Shown: in pieces, positions 63,653 through 64,000 of the stretch
How positions within the stretch are numbered: position 1 is the stretch's first letter
Layout of the letters: the number at the start of each line of letters is the position of its first letter
Assembly (NCBI GenBank): GCA_965235115.1
Contig: OZ249451.1
Location: 20,274,001 to 20,338,000, forward strand
Length of the DNA: 64,000 bases
Direction of reading: 5' to 3'
From: Laetmonice hystrix
Taxonomy: Eukaryota
Position numbers and translations under genes: made by a program
Notes under the pieces: model-generated
What the model was told of the DNA's origin: nothing
Seen by the model: the letters and a program-made list of their open reading frames with translations, nothing else
Databases searched by the model: none

Positions 63653-64000
63653 TCTCCTACTATACCTTTTCCAAAGGATAAATGTTTTATTTTAATAGGT
63701 GTTTTGTCAGGGTAAAGAAATTAAAAACGAATATTAGGCCTACCCAAAAACAGAGGGGGTGGGGGTTAATGCCAGCCCCTTTAGGCTTACATAATGTGTG
63801 TTTCTTAACTTGAGTGACCAGTAACCGCACATTACTTACTTCATGGAAACAAGTAGATCTACATGTATAACACTTGACTAAAACCCACCCTTAGTTTTGA
63901 TATAGGCACCTGAAAGTAGATTTTAAAAAGTTATAGATCCCTATGCCCAAGTGTGCATAGTAACTTCGTTTTGACTCGTATGAATGGATTTTGCCCACTG

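Overview
Animal (bilaterian) genomic DNA from a Hox cluster, not prokaryotic. The only supportable protein-coding feature is the homeobox-containing last exon of a lophotrochozoan-type Hox5/Scr gene (+ strand, 4131-4414); its first exon lies upstream of the window. The remaining ~59.6 kb is 3'UTR plus non-coding DNA on the side where miR-10 and Hox4 normally follow, but I found neither by eye. About 20% of the window (~12.7 kb) is locally unique tandem arrays with 7-54 bp units, which explain nearly all the long ORFs. There is also one intact tRNA-derived SINE with a 15-bp target-site duplication and four short N gaps. The most interesting signals are regulatory motifs: five miR-10 seed matches within 1 kb of the putative Hox5 3'UTR, two perfect AGGTCA-N5-AGGTCA (DR5, RARE-type) elements plus three DR2s, several strong CTCF motifs including a back-to-back divergent pair, and CCAAT/E-box/GC-box and Pbx-Hox/Meis modules. 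All regulatory calls are motif matches read by eye and are functionally untested.
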